From assembly GCA_963662315.1 (NCBI GenBank), contig OY759353.1:3200001-3264000 (forward strand): 64,000 bases of DNA. Direction: 5' to 3'. The notes beneath the pieces are model-generated. The model did not search any database. It was not told where the DNA came from and saw only the letters and a list, made by a program, of their open reading frames with translations. Source of the DNA: Geopsychrobacteraceae bacterium (lineage in GTDB: Bacteria > Desulfobacterota > Desulfuromonadia > Desulfuromonadales > Geopsychrobacteraceae). A program made the translations under genes and the position numbers. Shown piece by piece: positions 1 through 9,336 of the stretch (position 1 is its first letter; the number at the start of each line of letters is the position of its first letter).

Positions 1-745
1 ACTGCCGGAAAGTTTATTGGAAAGTGAATTGTTCGGCCATGTGCGCGGCGCCTTTACCGATGCCCGGGAGAACCGCAAGGGGCTGTTTGTTGAAGCGTCA
101 GGCGGAACACTGCTGCTTGATGAAATCGGTGAAATGCCCCTGGCTCTGCAGCCGAAACTGTTGCGGGTGCTGGAAGACCATAAGGTGCGGCCCCTCGGGG
201 GCAGTCAGGAAATTGCCTGTAATGTCCGGGTGCTGGCGGCCAGCCATCGCGATTTGAGTGAAGCGGTTGGCAAGGGCACCTTCCGTAACGATCTCTATTA
301 CCGGCTCAACGTCATTCAGCTGGAGTTGCCCCCGCTGCGCCAGCGTGGCAATGATATCCTGTTGCTCGCCCAACGCTTTATCAATGAACTCAGCCAACGT
401 TTCAATAAATCGGTCACCGGTCTGTCTCAGCCTGCTGCGGCATGTTTGCTGGCTTATCATTGGCCGGGGAATATCCGGGAATTGCGCAATGTTATCGAAC
501 GTGCCCTGGCTCTGACCCTGCACGATCAGCTGACGGTTGAAGATCTGCCCGAACAGGTTCGTCATCCCAGTGGCACGATGCCGCTCCCCAACAGCCTGGT
601 TGATCCGGGGAATATCCTCCCGCTGGAAGAGATGGAGCGCCGCTACATTCACCAGGTGCTCGAACAACTGGAAGGTAACCGCACCCTGGCGGCAAAGTTG
701 CTGGGTGTCGATCGCAAGACCCTCTATCGCAAAATGAAGGAATGA
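1..745 (+). CDS. Sigma54-dependent transcriptional activator (NtrC/ZraR-like), 5'-truncated by window edge
   Basis: ESELFGH, GAFTDA loop, LLLDEIGE Walker B, FRx[14 protein letters not shown] and a C-terminal Fis-type HTH ([15 protein letters not shown]). Confidence 0.93.
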   Translation, partial: LPESLLESELFGHVRGAFTDARENRKGLFVEASGGTLLLDEIGEMPLALQPKLLRVLEDHKVRPLGGSQEIACNVRVLAASHRDLSEAVGKGTFRNDLYYRLNVIQLELPPLRQRGNDILLLAQRFINELSQRFNKSVTGLSQPAAACLLAYHWPGNIRELRNVIERALALTLHDQLTVEDLPEQVRHPSGTMPLPNSLVDPGNILPLEEMERRYIHQVLEQLEGNRTLAAKLLGVDRKTLYRKMKE

Positions 746-804
746 GAAGTTCTCTCCTTCATTTTGCATTTCAAATTTCACCTCTGAGATTTCACAGCGG
801 ATTG

Positions 805-841
805 GCGGGGCAAAAAGTCGCAGTGGGGCATTTTGCCCCGC
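805..841. promoter_or_regulatory. Inverted repeat, candidate enhancer (UAS) for a sigma54 activator, or terminator of the upstream gene
   Basis: GCGGGGCAAAA (805-815) pairs with TTTTGCCCCGC (831-841); contains the internal palindrome GGGGCA-TTT-TGCCCC; ends about 40 bp before a sigma54 promoter. Confidence 0.5.
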
Positions 842-881
842 AAAAAAGGACTTGTTTCCTGCTGTTTTGCTTCATCTTCTG

Positions 882-898
882 TTGGCACATGCTTTGCT
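882..898 (+). promoter_or_regulatory. Sigma54 (-24/-12) promoter
   Basis: TTGGCAC-ATGCT-TTGCT matches TGGCAC-N5-TTGC exactly, 40 bp upstream of the receiver gene ATG. Confidence 0.85.
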
Positions 899-938
899 CT
901 TAAAAAAATCAACAGTAATTTTTTATGGAGATAAGCAG

Positions 939-1361
939 ATGGAAGCACACCTCCTCGATACCCATCCTCATATTGTATTGGCAGAAGATGACACCGAATT
1001 ACGTGAGCTGCTGATGTTTGTGCTGGCGCGGGCTGGCTACCGGGTGACTGTCTGTGGAAACGGAATGCAACTGCTTGAAATGCTTGATAACGGTGAAGAT
1101 GTCGACGTGGTAATCAGTGATTTACGTATGCCTGCTTTATCCGGCCTGGAAGTCCTCGAGAGTCAGGTGCAAAATACCAGACGGCCACCATTTATCTGCA
1201 TGACAGCATTCGGCGATGCCAAGACTCATCAAACAGCTCTTCAACTCGGCGCTGCGGCAACAATCGATAAGCCTTTTGATCTGGATCGGATGCTCGAGCT
1301 GGTGAATGACATCTATCTCCATAAAGACGAGAACAATTTGTCTTCAAGGAGTCACATATGA
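939..1361 (+). CDS. Single-domain response regulator (receiver only)
   Basis: EDD acidic pocket, SDLRMP phospho-Asp, TAF, KPF; GGAG SD before ATG 939; ATGA overlap with the next gene. Confidence 0.88.
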   Translation: MEAHLLDTHPHIVLAEDDTELRELLMFVLARAGYRVTVCGNGMQLLEMLDNGEDVDVVISDLRMPALSGLEVLESQVQNTRRPPFICMTAFGDAKTHQTALQLGAAATIDKPFDLDRMLELVNDIYLHKDENNLSSRSHI

Positions 1362-2812
1362 AAATTATCAAGCGTCTGTTTTTATTCCTCACAATCAGCG
1401 TGCTGACGGTCGCTTTAAATGCAGGTGCTTTTGTTGCACCGGCGGCAGCCCAGGATGCAGGAATCGAAAGTCTCAGGGAGTCGGGAAAAGCGTTCCGCAG
1501 TGTGGCCAAGCAGGTGTCACCGGCTGTGGCTTTTATCCAGGTCGAAAAGGACGTGACCCAGCAAGCGCCCAACAATCCCTTTGAAGGAACCCCCTTCGGG
1601 GATGAATTTATGCGGCGCTTTTTCGGCCAGCCTCATCAACAATTCCCGCAGAATGCTCCCAAACGACGGTCAACCGGTCAGGGCTCAGGGTTTATTATCT
1701 CTGAGGACGGCTATATCATGACCAACAATCACGTTGTTGGTGGTGCTGACAAGGTTACCGTGCAGTTGCTGGACGGGCGTGAATACGATGCCAAAGTTAT
1801 TGGCACCGATCCACCGACCGATGTTGCCCTGATCAAAATTAATGCTGATGGCAAACTCCCTTACCTGAAAATGGGGGATTCTGATCAGCTTGAAGTGGGT
1901 GACTGGGTCCTCGCCTTCGGGAATCCATTTGGTCTGTCTCATACCCTCACGGCCGGGATTGTCAGCGCCAAAGGACGTAGTGGCATTGGTCTGAATGACT
2001 ATGAAAACTTTATCCAAACCGATGCGGCTATCAACCCTGGTAACTCGGGTGGCCCCCTGGTTAACCTGGATGGTGAAGTTGTTGGCATGAATACTGCTAT
2101 ATTCAGTCGTAGTGGTGGCTATATGGGAATCGGTTTTGCTATTCCCATCAACATGGCCAAAAGTATCCGCACGCAGTTGATAGAAAATGGCACTGTTCAG
2201 CGTGGTCGTATCGGTGTCTATATCCAGGATCTCGACCGTGCCCTGGCGGAGTCTTTTGGTATTGATCAGAACGGCGGTATCCTGGTTGCTCAGGTTATGG
2301 AGGATTCCCCGGCCCAGAAGGCTGGCCTGAAACAGGGTGATGTGATTCTGGAACTGAACGGCGACAAAGTTGACAAGGTGGCCAAATTCCGTAACCAGGT
2401 TGCCCTGACCGCACCCGGCACCAAGATCAAGCTGCTGGTGCTGCGTGATGGCGACAAAAAGACAATCAAGGTTGAGGTTGGCGCTCTTGAAGATGGTGGT
2501 ACGAGTGCCGCTGCAGGCGCAACCGACCAGTTGCCGAAACTGGGGATGACCTTGCAGAAACTGACCCCGGAACTTGCTGGGCAGTTGGGTTATGAAAATG
2601 CGCAGGGTGTTGTGGTCACCAGTGTTGACAGCGATTCATTAGCTGCCCGGGCTGGAATCCGGCGCGGTGATCTGATTGAGGAAGTCAATCGGACCCAGGT
2701 CAGCAGCCCTGACCAGGTCAAGAAGCTGATCGCCGACAGTAACAAGAAAACCGTACTGTTGCTGGTCCGCCAGGGCGAAGCCAGCCGTTATCTGGCCTTG
2801 AAGCTCGATTAA
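1358..2812 (+). CDS. degQ: DegQ/DegP (HtrA) periplasmic serine protease with two PDZ domains
   Basis: Signal peptide; GSGFII, TNNHVV (His), TDVAL (Asp), QTDAAINPGNSGGPL (Ser); two PDZ domains. Confidence 0.93.
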   Translation: MKIIKRLFLFLTISVLTVALNAGAFVAPAAAQDAGIESLRESGKAFRSVAKQVSPAVAFIQVEKDVTQQAPNNPFEGTPFGDEFMRRFFGQPHQQFPQNAPKRRSTGQGSGFIISEDGYIMTNNHVVGGADKVTVQLLDGREYDAKVIGTDPPTDVALIKINADGKLPYLKMGDSDQLEVGDWVLAFGNPFGLSHTLTAGIVSAKGRSGIGLNDYENFIQTDAAINPGNSGGPLVNLDGEVVGMNTAIFSRSGGYMGIGFAIPINMAKSIRTQLIENGTVQRGRIGVYIQDLDRALAESFGIDQNGGILVAQVMEDSPAQKAGLKQGDVILELNGDKVDKVAKFRNQVALTAPGTKIKLLVLRDGDKKTIKVEVGALEDGGTSAAAGATDQLPKLGMTLQKLTPELAGQLGYENAQGVVVTSVDSDSLAARAGIRRGDLIEEVNRTQVSSPDQVKKLIADSNKKTVLLLVRQGEASRYLALKLD

Positions 2813-2902
2813 GTAGAGAAACAACCCGAAGTCATTCGCTGCTCTGCTCAGCGGCGCTTGACTTATAACATAGATTTGAACGTTACCTCCTACGTTCGTA
2901 TT

Positions 2903-2931
2903 GGGGAATCAGCAGGATTCCCCTTTTTTTT
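2903..2931 (+). terminator. Rho-independent terminator
   Basis: GGGGAATC-agcag-GATTCCCC followed by T8. Confidence 0.85.
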
Positions 2932-3162
2932 ATCCAAAATCTGACATTTTCTGCACGTGACACTTGTGTGCCTGTAGAGGGACTTATTCTCCCTGATAAA
3001 AAGATTTTTACTGCAATGCTGATTTGATTGTTTTATACCTGTTCAGCAGGATGTTGAAAAAATAGCTGCGCCGTTTGCGGAGCTGGGAAGGTTTTTTAAT
3101 ACCCTGCCAGGTAGTTATCAAGAATAAATGATGCTAAATTTGAATAATTACAGGAGTCAATA

Positions 3163-3513
3163 ATGAAATGGAAGCTGCTTCTCGGCCTGGTCATATTGGT
3201 GCCAGTGTTAACTTTTGCAATTCAGAACAACCACCTTGTAGACGTTCATTTTGTTGAGTGGAACTACCAGATTTCACTGGCCATTCTGATCTATGGTGCG
3301 TTGCTTGTCGGTATTGTGCTCGGTCTGTTGCTGGTGTTTTCAAGCCGGGTTAAGAAGAAAAGAAAGCAGAAGCGTCTTGATGCTGCAGTAAAGAAGAAAG
3401 AAGCTGCCGCAGCCCAGGCTGCCAGCGAACTGAACAAGCCGGTTGATATGGAAGTCAATGCCGATATCGCTACCGATCCGGTCGATAAAGATTCAGTAGG
3501 TTCTGCTCAGTAA
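3163..3513 (+). CDS. LapA-family (DUF1049-like) small membrane protein
   Basis: FAIQN motif, two hydrophobic segments, then a Lys-rich helical tail; AGGAG SD. Confidence 0.75.
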   Translation: MKWKLLLGLVILVPVLTFAIQNNHLVDVHFVEWNYQISLAILIYGALLVGIVLGLLLVFSSRVKKKRKQKRLDAAVKKKEAAAAQAASELNKPVDMEVNADIATDPVDKDSVGSAQ

Positions 3514-3526
3514 AGGTTAGAGGCTG

Positions 3527-3565
3527 CTGAGCGGCCAAGGCGCAGAAAACACCTTGGCCGCTCAG
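3527..3565. terminator. Hairpin between convergent genes, likely bidirectional terminator
   Basis: 14-bp perfect stem CTGAGCGGCCAAGG / CCTTGGCCGCTCAG. Confidence 0.75.
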
Positions 3566-3579
3566 TTTCCTTATGGTTT

Positions 3580-4392
3580 TCAGCCAAGGGCCACATCCAG
3601 CATCATCATGATCGCAAAACCAAACATCACCCCAAAGGTTGCCTGATCGGTATACTCCCCTTGTTGTGATTCCGGAATAACCTCTTCAACAACAACAAAA
3701 ATCATAGCTCCGGCTGCAAAAGCCAGGGCGAACGGGAGAATCGGTCTGGCATATGCGACCATTGCCGCACCAGCGACCCCGGCAACAATTTCCACCATCC
3801 CTGAAAGTTGACCAATCAGAAAACTGCGATGGCGCGATAAGCCTTCGCGCCGCAATGGCACTGAAACAGCTAGGCCTTCCGGGAAATTCTGGATTCCGAT
3901 ACCTATAGCCAGGGCGGCTGCACCGGCAAAGGATGCCTCGGGAAATCCAGCGGCGGCTGCACCAAAGGCGACTCCGACGGCAAGCCCTTCAGGAATGTTG
4001 TGCATGGTAATGGCCAGAACCAACAGGGTGCTGCGGTGCCAGGAGGTCTGAACCCCTTCGGCATCTTTCATCGGAAAGTTAAGGTGCAGGTGAGGTAAAA
4101 ATTTATCAATCAGACGTAAAAATCCGCCACCGCACAGAAATCCAAAAGCAACCGTCAGCCAGGCCGGAAGCCATTGCCCTTCAGCCATCTCCAGCGCGGG
4201 TGCCAGCAGTGACCAGAAACTTGCTGCGATCATCACCCCGGCGGCAAAGCCCAACATGGTATCCAGCATTTTACGACTGGGTGTCTGCTGCAGATAGACG
4301 GCTGCCGCTCCCAGTGCTGTCATGCCCCAGGTGAACACGGTCGCCCAGAAGGCCTGCCAGACGGGGTGCATGGATAAAAAGGAATCTGTCAT
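3580..4392 (-). CDS. zupT: ZIP-family divalent metal transporter (ZupT/GufA-like)
   Basis: GFAAGVMIAASFWSLL, HNIPEGLAVG, QNFPEG, EEVIPE; GGAGG SD before ATG 4392. Confidence 0.88.
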   Translation of the reverse strand: MTDSFLSMHPVWQAFWATVFTWGMTALGAAAVYLQQTPSRKMLDTMLGFAAGVMIAASFWSLLAPALEMAEGQWLPAWLTVAFGFLCGGGFLRLIDKFLPHLHLNFPMKDAEGVQTSWHRSTLLVLAITMHNIPEGLAVGVAFGAAAAGFPEASFAGAAALAIGIGIQNFPEGLAVSVPLRREGLSRHRSFLIGQLSGMVEIVAGVAGAAMVAYARPILPFALAFAAGAMIFVVVEEVIPESQQGEYTDQATFGVMFGFAIMMMLDVALG

Positions 4393-4561
4393 GTTGACCT
4401 CCACAGCTAAATATCAAGAATTGCTGATTTAATCATGGAATGATAACGGTAATTGTCTCAGAATGTACAGATTCTTCACGGCTTATACATAAAAATACCG
4501 TGACAAATATGGTAAGCTGTTTTTCTGAAACACTGCCTGGGATCAAAAGGAGATACGACTT

Positions 4562-5308
4562 ATGGCAAAAACGATTCTGATTACTGGTGCGACATCCGGC
4601 TTTGGCAAGGCATGCGCTGAATATTTTGCAGATAAAGGCTGGCAGCTGATTCTGACTGGTCGCCGAACCGAGCGGTTGGAAGAATTGCTGCAGCAACTTG
4701 GTTCTGCTGTCCGTAAGATTATCACTCTTGATGTCCGCGATCGTCATGCAGTTGAAACAGCCCTGAGTGATCTGGGGGATGTTGATCTGCTGCTTAATAA
4801 TGCCGGTCTGGCGTTGGGGCTGGAGCCTGCGTGGGAAGTGAGTCTGGATGATTGGGATACGATGGTCGATACCAATATCAAAGGCCTAACCTATTGCACC
4901 CGGGTTTTGCTACCGCAGATGGTCAAGCGCAACAGTGGACATATCATCAATATCGGTTCCGTGGCAGCCAATTGGCCGTATCCTGGTGGTAATGTCTATG
5001 GCAGCACCAAGGCATTTGTCCAGCAGTTCAGTCGCAACCTGCGCGCAGACCTGATTGGTCACGATGTCAGAGTGACGGTTATCGAACCGGGGATGGCCGA
5101 GAGCGAATTTTCCAATGTCCGCTTCAAAGGTGATGCTGACAGAGCAGCCAAGGTTTACTCTGGCACCAGGGCTCTGACCCCCCGGGATATTGCCGAAATT
5201 GTTTACTGGACTGCCGAACGTCCCGCTCATGTCAATGTCAACACTCTGGAAGTGATGTGTATAGACCAGGCGTGGAATCCGTTTGCGGTGCACCGAAAAG
5301 AAAAATGA
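4562..5308 (+). CDS. NADP-dependent short-chain dehydrogenase (YdfG-like)
   Basis: TGATSGFG, NNAGLALG, YGSTK catalytic motif, EPGMAESEFS. Confidence 0.9.
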   Translation: MAKTILITGATSGFGKACAEYFADKGWQLILTGRRTERLEELLQQLGSAVRKIITLDVRDRHAVETALSDLGDVDLLLNNAGLALGLEPAWEVSLDDWDTMVDTNIKGLTYCTRVLLPQMVKRNSGHIINIGSVAANWPYPGGNVYGSTKAFVQQFSRNLRADLIGHDVRVTVIEPGMAESEFSNVRFKGDADRAAKVYSGTRALTPRDIAEIVYWTAERPAHVNVNTLEVMCIDQAWNPFAVHRKEK

Positions 5309-5363
5309 TTTTCTCCCTGTAGCCATTACCTGATGACGGCTGATGGCTACAGGATAGTTTTTA

Positions 5364-6593
5364 TCAAAACAACGTACTGAGAAGGATTTTAGCCAGTTCC
5401 TGGGCGGGGGTAAAATCGGCCCGGCGTTGCAGACACTTCTGACAGTCGTCCAGAGCCTTGGTTGCGAGCTGCATTTCGTAATAGGTTTGCGCCCTGCCCC
5501 AGAACCCTTCATAGTGCTGCGGTGCCATATCAATGGCGCGGTTGTAATCTTCCAGAGATTGCTCAAATTTCCCCAACACCCGACAGGCTAGCCCGCGGTT
5601 AGTCCAGGCACGAACATTATCTTCGTTGAATTCAATAGCCTTGGAGAAATCATCAAATCCTTTCTGGTACTCAGCCAGCGCAAACAGAGCCATGCCACGG
5701 TGGTTATAGACCAAGGAGCGCACCGGCTGATCGAGTTTCATGCGCAACAGATTACTGTAAATACTGATAGCTTCCTGAAACTGGTTGTTGCTATGAGCCT
5801 CCAGGGCGCCAAGCATCATCCGTTCAAGTTTTTTTGACGATAACGCATCCGCCTGGAGGTCGTCACTGTCGAGGGTAATCTTCAGGTCCGGGAGTTGTTC
5901 AATCTGAATAGACTCGCAGATGCATGTGTTTGCTTCAACGCTCTGGCGCCGCTTCAGACCCCGGCGGCGAATTTCTTTCTGATGATCGCGAATCTCCTGA
6001 AAAATCAGATCCGACAGGGTCAGTGAAGCGTTCAGAGATGCCAATTTACGCCGGATTGTATGATTGGGCAGATCGATATCGGATTTATAGACCAGCTCAT
6101 GCTCAACTTCAGCCCATGCCTCCTGCAGGATCGTGCGCAACTGGATCTCACAGACATTGCTGGTAAAGGGAAGGTATTTTCTCCCCGGCAGTGGTGGCGC
6201 CTGAATCATGATATGGACCGAGTCGTAACCAAACTCCCTGAATGAATGCTGCTCTGCTTTGTGCTCCATTTCGAGAATGACATAATGTTGTTTAATGAGT
6301 GTTTCGACCGTGTCCAGGTCTTCAAGGAACGGGCAGATAATACGAATCCCGAGGAGATCATTAATTTCTATCGGGGCGGAGGTTCTCTTGAGGCGATTGA
6401 TTTTTTCACAGAAGTTGTCAAAGCGTTTCACCCGGAACTTGATTGTTGCACTCAGGGCCGCTGTATCGAGCAGTTCTTCTAGCCCCTGGTGAATGTCTGC
6501 AAGAATCTGATCGTAGGCAGGGCGCAATTCAGCATAGAGTTTGGCTGTTTGAGTACGGTCAGGTACGCGCCGTTGCAATGCCTTGTCGCTCAT
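5364..6593 (-). CDS. RelA/SpoT synthetase-like domain protein with C-terminal TPR repeats
   Basis: RVK, DLLGIRII, GYDSVH, EIQLRT, WAEVEHELVYK; TPR-like segments YNHRG, WTNRG, FWGRA; GAGGA SD before ATG 6593. Confidence 0.85.
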   Translation of the reverse strand: MSDKALQRRVPDRTQTAKLYAELRPAYDQILADIHQGLEELLDTAALSATIKFRVKRFDNFCEKINRLKRTSAPIEINDLLGIRIICPFLEDLDTVETLIKQHYVILEMEHKAEQHSFREFGYDSVHIMIQAPPLPGRKYLPFTSNVCEIQLRTILQEAWAEVEHELVYKSDIDLPNHTIRRKLASLNASLTLSDLIFQEIRDHQKEIRRRGLKRRQSVEANTCICESIQIEQLPDLKITLDSDDLQADALSSKKLERMMLGALEAHSNNQFQEAISIYSNLLRMKLDQPVRSLVYNHRGMALFALAEYQKGFDDFSKAIEFNEDNVRAWTNRGLACRVLGKFEQSLEDYNRAIDMAPQHYEGFWGRAQTYYEMQLATKALDDCQKCLQRRADFTPAQELAKILLSTLF

Positions 6594-6733
6594 GGTCAAT
6601 TCCTCGTCAGGCGGCTGCTACAGGTGCAGCTTGAAGCATGTTGCCGGGAAGAATGGGTTTGTTTTTATCTTGTAACTATACCTATTATGGTCGGTCATTT
6701 GTATGATTTTCTTTATAAGTTGCTGATTCTATG

Positions 6734-6761
6734 TAAAGATTTCATATTAAGTAACCGATAT
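6734..6761 (+). promoter_or_regulatory. Candidate sigma28 (FliA) promoter
   Basis: TAAA-N16-ACCGATAT versus consensus TAAA-N15-GCCGATAA. Confidence 0.4.
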
Positions 6762-6829
6762 GATAGGTAGGAGACTATCGGAAAAGGATTTCCGCCGTTG
6801 TGAACGTAATCCACGGAAGGATTAATACT

Positions 6830-7549
6830 ATGGCAGATTTAAAAGTTGGTGGCCTGCATGCCTACCGCAATTACGAGGTTGAAGAAACTTCCCCCTATCC
6901 TGATATCAATCCTCAGCAGAATGACGTAAAGGTTCCGGTTAAGCCCTATCCGGAGGGTGATACTCGTGATGATTCTCGGCGGCGGCGTTTTCGGGCCATG
7001 CGTCAGTTGATTGATGCCCTGAGCAAAACCAGAAGAATTATTCGTGTCGATTATCCCACCGCTGAAACAGAGCTGGGAGAGATCGGGCGTGATATCGCTG
7101 AGGAGCAGCTGCTTGAGTTGCTGTTAAGCTATAAAATCCCCCTGACTGATCTGGAATCGATCATTGCCAATATGCGCAAACAGCTCGAAAAACCGCTGTT
7201 GCGCACCACGGCACCTTTATCAGAGGGGATCAATTTTCTGCCGCTATTTGTACCTGGCTTGTTGGCTGGTTTTCTGTCGTTTCAAAGAATTCCCCTGGCA
7301 GCACTGCAAAATAACCGTCAGATCATGGAGAGCCTTGATCGGGATGATTTTTACAGCCATTTTATCAACCGTGTCGGGATTGATATTTTTCGGCTTAAGG
7401 AATGGCCGGAAACCCATTTTCTGAATATCAATTTACTTGTGGCGGTGAGCGAAGTCGATGAAGAGGGGCGCAGGGTGCTCCTTTACCAGCGCCCTGGTCA
7501 GGACGATTATGCCTTGTATGCCGATAAGGCGATTGATCTTTCTATCTGA
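6830..7549 (+). CDS. Hypothetical protein
   Basis: 239-aa ORF fills the intergenic space; AAGGA SD before ATG 6830; no family recognised. Confidence 0.7.
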   Translation: MADLKVGGLHAYRNYEVEETSPYPDINPQQNDVKVPVKPYPEGDTRDDSRRRRFRAMRQLIDALSKTRRIIRVDYPTAETELGEIGRDIAEEQLLELLLSYKIPLTDLESIIANMRKQLEKPLLRTTAPLSEGINFLPLFVPGLLAGFLSFQRIPLAALQNNRQIMESLDRDDFYSHFINRVGIDIFRLKEWPETHFLNINLLVAVSEVDEEGRRVLLYQRPGQDDYALYADKAIDLSI

Positions 7550-7744
7550 CCGTTGTTAGCTGAATCCCCTGTTTTTATTCCGGCTCTGTCCAGATAATTA
7601 TCCCTCCGTTGCGTGCCAGTCTTTGCCCGGACTTGTTGCAGATTGTCAACCTGTGCATTCTGAGCTATGATCTGCACCTATTTCAAATCAAGGCGTAATT
7701 TCAAGATGTTCTCATCGCTGTAAAAATTATCAGGAGTGTTTGTC

Positions 7745-8314
7745 ATGCAGATGTTGGATCTCGTCAGCAAAAACAGATCATATCGTCGTTTTTACCAGGA
7801 CCATCAGGTCAGTGAAGCTGACCTGCGGGAGCTTGTCAACCTGGCGCGCCTGACCGGCAGTGGCGCAAACTTGCAATCGCTAAAATATGTTCTGAGCTTT
7901 TCGCCGGAGCAGAATGAAAAGGTCTTTGCGACATTAAGTTGGGCTGGTTATTTGAAAGAATGGCCCGGGCCGGAAGACGGTGAAAAGCCGAGCGCCTATA
8001 TTGTTCAGGTGCTTGACCATGAGATTGCCAAAAACTGCCATTGCGATGATGGCATCACAGCCCAGACTATCCTGCTCGGTGCGGTAGAAAAGGGGTTGGG
8101 AGGGTGTATGTTTGGTAATATCAAGCGTGATCAGTTGCGTGAGGTTCTCGGTCTCGAAGAGCGCTATGAGATTCTGCATGTTATTGCTATCGGAAAGCCC
8201 AAGGAAGAGGTCAGAATTGTACCGGTCGGGGAAGACGGCAGCATTCGCTACTACCGCGATGATAGCGGAGTGCACTATGTGCCGAAGCGTGATTTGGATG
8301 ATCTTATCCTCTAA
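7745..8314 (+). CDS. Nitroreductase family protein
   Basis: NRSYRRF, SGANLQ, A.EKGLGGC, VIAIGKP, VPKR; AGGAG SD. Confidence 0.88.
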   Translation: MQMLDLVSKNRSYRRFYQDHQVSEADLRELVNLARLTGSGANLQSLKYVLSFSPEQNEKVFATLSWAGYLKEWPGPEDGEKPSAYIVQVLDHEIAKNCHCDDGITAQTILLGAVEKGLGGCMFGNIKRDQLREVLGLEERYEILHVIAIGKPKEEVRIVPVGEDGSIRYYRDDSGVHYVPKRDLDDLIL

Positions 8315-8380
8315 ATCCCTGTTGCCCACATTTATACACGATTATTTCTTTCCAACCTGAATACTTAATACCAGCCGTTG

Positions 8381-9244
8381 TCAGAAAATGGCAGCGGCTG
8401 CGGTTAATCCCATCCTGTACCCCTCATTCAGTTTGTCCTGATCAGTTGTCATGCGACTCACCGCAAAGCCGTCCGGCGGAGCAATGATGTGCAGACGACA
8501 GTCCTGTGGCGGATTGTCAATAAAAGCAAGAGCCTGGTTGTAAACCTCGGCCCGGTTGATAATGGCTTCTGCCAGAGCTGGTGTTTTGTGCATAAGCTGT
8601 CGCACCAGCCAGGGGCTGCGAACCGGTTTTTTCCGGTAGCCCCGAGGGTGAGAAAGGATAACCGTGATGTCTCTGGCTCCCATATCATAGGCACGTCTGA
8701 CGGGAATCGCATCGGCAACTCCGCCGTCAGTAAACCGATGGTTATCAAGCACAGGGTAAGAGCGGTAAATCAGAGGAACCGAGCAGGAGGCTTTGAGCAG
8801 TTGCTCTAGGTTTTCAGATGTTGCTTCAATATACACAGGCGCGCTGTCACTGACCCGCGTGACAACGACGTAAAGCGGTATTGATTGACGGCTGAAACGC
8901 TCCAGGTCCAGACGGATTTCGCGGATGGTGATATCCCACAGCCAATCAAGATCAAACCAGTGCCCACCACGGAGAAAGCGTTGCAGCGACATAAATTGCG
9001 GGCGACACGAGTAGTCGGTAATGACCTTGTGATTTCTCCCCCGCTGACCGGCCAGCCAGGCTGCCAGGTTGGTTGAGCCAACCGAAACCCCCAGGCACAG
9101 ATCAAAGGGGCGGTAATCGCGGTCGAGAAAACCATCCAGAACTCCAGCTGCAAATATGCCACGCATAGCCCCGCCTTCAACCACCAGGGCGCGTGTCTCT
9201 TGGGCGGGTTGGTTCGCTTGTTGTGTTGTTGTTTCAGTATTCAT
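8381..9244 (-). CDS. Patatin-like phospholipase (YjjU-like)
   Basis: EGGAMRG, GVSVG nucleophile elbow, DGG; start codon uncertain. Confidence 0.85.
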   Translation of the reverse strand: MNTETTTQQANQPAQETRALVVEGGAMRGIFAAGVLDGFLDRDYRPFDLCLGVSVGSTNLAAWLAGQRGRNHKVITDYSCRPQFMSLQRFLRGGHWFDLDWLWDITIREIRLDLERFSRQSIPLYVVVTRVSDSAPVYIEATSENLEQLLKASCSVPLIYRSYPVLDNHRFTDGGVADAIPVRRAYDMGARDITVILSHPRGYRKKPVRSPWLVRQLMHKTPALAEAIINRAEVYNQALAFIDNPPQDCRLHIIAPPDGFAVSRMTTDQDKLNEGYRMGLTAAAAIF

Positions 9245-9336
9245 CAGGCTCTCTTCTGACTGACGGTAAAGAAAAGCGCAATGTTCGTTGCTGGTTGAGG
9301 CGATCATGCCATAGCGGAACATCCCGTTACATGGTT

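Noticed and set aside
4437..4457. Fur/Zur box upstream of zupT
   Set aside because: Only about 11 of 19 positions match the Fur consensus and symmetry is poor
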